Origin: Escherichia phage vB_EcoM_ESCO49
Strand: one strand, 5' to 3'
Length of the DNA: 64,000 nucleotides
Sequence record: OM386663.1
In this document: positions 62,733 through 64,000 of the stretch, one piece after another
Position numbering within the stretch: position 1 is the stretch's first letter
Layout: each line of letters opens with the position of its first letter
The notes under the pieces: model-generated
The model's database searches: none
What the model was told of the DNA's origin: nothing
What the model saw: the letters and a program-made list of their open reading frames with translations, nothing else
Translations under genes and position numbers: made by a program

Positions 62733-63805
62733 TAAGGAACCTCTAAAAATCCACTATTCAAATCGTCTACAACAGTATTCAATAGGTACGCACCGTTCTG
62801 TTGCTCCTGATTAGCATTCTGCTCTTTATCAATTTCCATCTTCTTAATCATGTACTTCAAAGGTGGTTCTTTAGGAGCTACAAAATCTCTTTGAATACCA
62901 AACATATCATACAGCGGGGCAGCATTATAGTAAACCCACTCATGAAGAAGCTTTGTATTTAAGCCAACTACAGCACGTCCTTCGGAGAAGATATAATACG
63001 ACCATTTCTCTTCACTTTCAACTACTTCATCTAAGATTACTTTAATCTCTGGAAGAATTTGTTGAAAGGCTTTCTGCCACTCATCGTCTCTTAAAGTTTC
63101 TTTTAAAACTTCAATATCAATTTTAGTGTGAAGGATTTCGTCAAGCATAATTTTCTGGACAGCTTGAGCAATACCCTGAAATTTATCTTGAGCATCAAGT
63201 GCAAAGGTACATGCAAAGGATGCCATAAAAGATATACCTTCCAGTGCAGTCACTGCAAATAGACCTTTCAGAATCACTTTATGGAAGTGTAAAGGGTCTT
63301 TGTCCAGAAGTGAGTCACGCACATAACTCAGACGATAGTTTATACCTTCATCCAGTAATTCTTCAAGAACACGATTCACAGTTTTTAATCGGTCTTGCAC
63401 AGCAACATTCTGGTTAATCTCATCTAAGATTGTTTCAGGGTTTTTAATACATTGTCTTACAATCTCTGAGTAAGTAAGAGCATGTAGGTTTTCAATCTCA
63501 GACTGCTTCATAATTGCAGTTGCATAGATGTCATCAGAGATAAATGGTGCAAAGGCAAATGCCAAGCTCTTAGCAACTTGAGTGTCTGCTTCCCATTGCC
63601 ACTTAAGAATCTCAAGCATTACACCTGACATAGATGCTGGAACACTCTCAAAATCAAGACGTGATTGTTCAAAAGGGAACTCATCTTCTGACCAGTCTTG
63701 TGCTTTTTGTTGTTTATAAAGTTCAAAGATTTTTGGGTAGTGCTTGTTAAGTGAGTCAAAAGTTTTTCTCTCACCACCTAAAAAGATTGGGTGCTGGTTA
63801 ATCAT
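62732..63805 (-). CDS. nrdB: ribonucleotide reductase small subunit (class I beta)
   Basis: start moved to MINQHPIF with RBS AGGAGAA; ferritin-like ExxH motifs (ENLHALTYSE, LDEILHTKID). Confidence 0.7.
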   Translation of the reverse strand: MINQHPIFLGGERKTFDSLNKHYPKIFELYKQQKAQDWSEDEFPFEQSRLDFESVPASMSGVMLEILKWQWEADTQVAKSLAFAFAPFISDDIYATAIMKQSEIENLHALTYSEIVRQCIKNPETILDEINQNVAVQDRLKTVNRVLEELLDEGINYRLSYVRDSLLDKDPLHFHKVILKGLFAVTALEGISFMASFACTFALDAQDKFQGIAQAVQKIMLDEILHTKIDIEVLKETLRDDEWQKAFQQILPEIKVILDEVVESEEKWSYYIFSEGRAVVGLNTKLLHEWVYYNAAPLYDMFGIQRDFVAPKEPPLKYMIKKMEIDKEQNANQEQQNGAYLLNTVVDDLNSGFLEVP

Positions 63806-64000
63806 AGTGTGATTTCTCCTTTCTTTATCATTTCTGAGGCTTGTTTTCTGTCTAAAACTTCCCAATTTTCTTTGTTGAACATCTCATAAGGTCTTGCGTA
63901 GACTTTACCATCTGCTGTAGAGATGTAAGAGATACCAGCAACCCATGAGTCATCCTTTTGTTTTATCATCATATCTGTGCTACTCACATAGTACATCGTT
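63802..64000 (-). CDS. partial CDS (C-terminal end only), unknown function
   Basis: open frame runs to window edge; stop overlaps nrdB start. Confidence 0.3.
   Translation of the reverse strand, partial: TMYYVSSTDMMIKQKDDSWVAGISYISTADGKVYARPYEMFNKENWEVLDRKQASEMIKKGEITL

Noticed and set aside
63802-63996. Truncated ORF upstream of nrdB as the C-terminus of NrdA
   Set aside because: The C-terminal sequence (...EMIKKGEITL) does not resemble the Cys-containing tail of class I large subunits; left as unknown partial CDS.

Overview
This window reads as a segment of a tailed dsDNA phage genome; all calls are by eye from the sequence and ORF track, with no database search run. (1) 62-23130, minus strand: a late structural module in the order tail fibres, baseplate, tape measure, tail chaperone with a -1 frameshift site, tube, sheath, connector proteins, major capsid protein, protease/scaffold, portal, large terminase. 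Head gene order is lambda-like and the tail is contractile (P2/Mu-like order). (2) 23356-27708: about 21 minus-strand tRNA or tRNA-like genes with unusual structured spacers, followed by a vWA-domain protein gene. (3) 29991-37670, plus strand: about 17 small genes of unknown function plus a GH24 endolysin and a protein with three Ig-like repeats. (4) 37675-39370: a 1.7 kb ORF-free, G-poor region carrying at least 14 TAACAAG iterons. (5) 39374-44800, minus strand: twelve small genes, eleven of them preceded by a homologous ~90 bp promoter/hairpin/RBS cassette; this array and the iteron region are my best candidates for an undescribed regulatory or host-takeover system. (6) 45262-63805, minus strand: macro-domain protein, spanin pair, SLT transglycosylase, HAD phosphatase, rIIA/rIIB, NAMPT-like plus Prs-like pair (candidate NAD+ reconstitution), a tandem duplicated pair of paralogous small genes, HNH endonuclease, and nrdG, nrdD, glutaredoxin, nrdB. 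Many hairpin plus T-run terminators separate the units. tRNA anticodons and weak-stem calls need tRNAscan-SE/ARAGORN confirmation.
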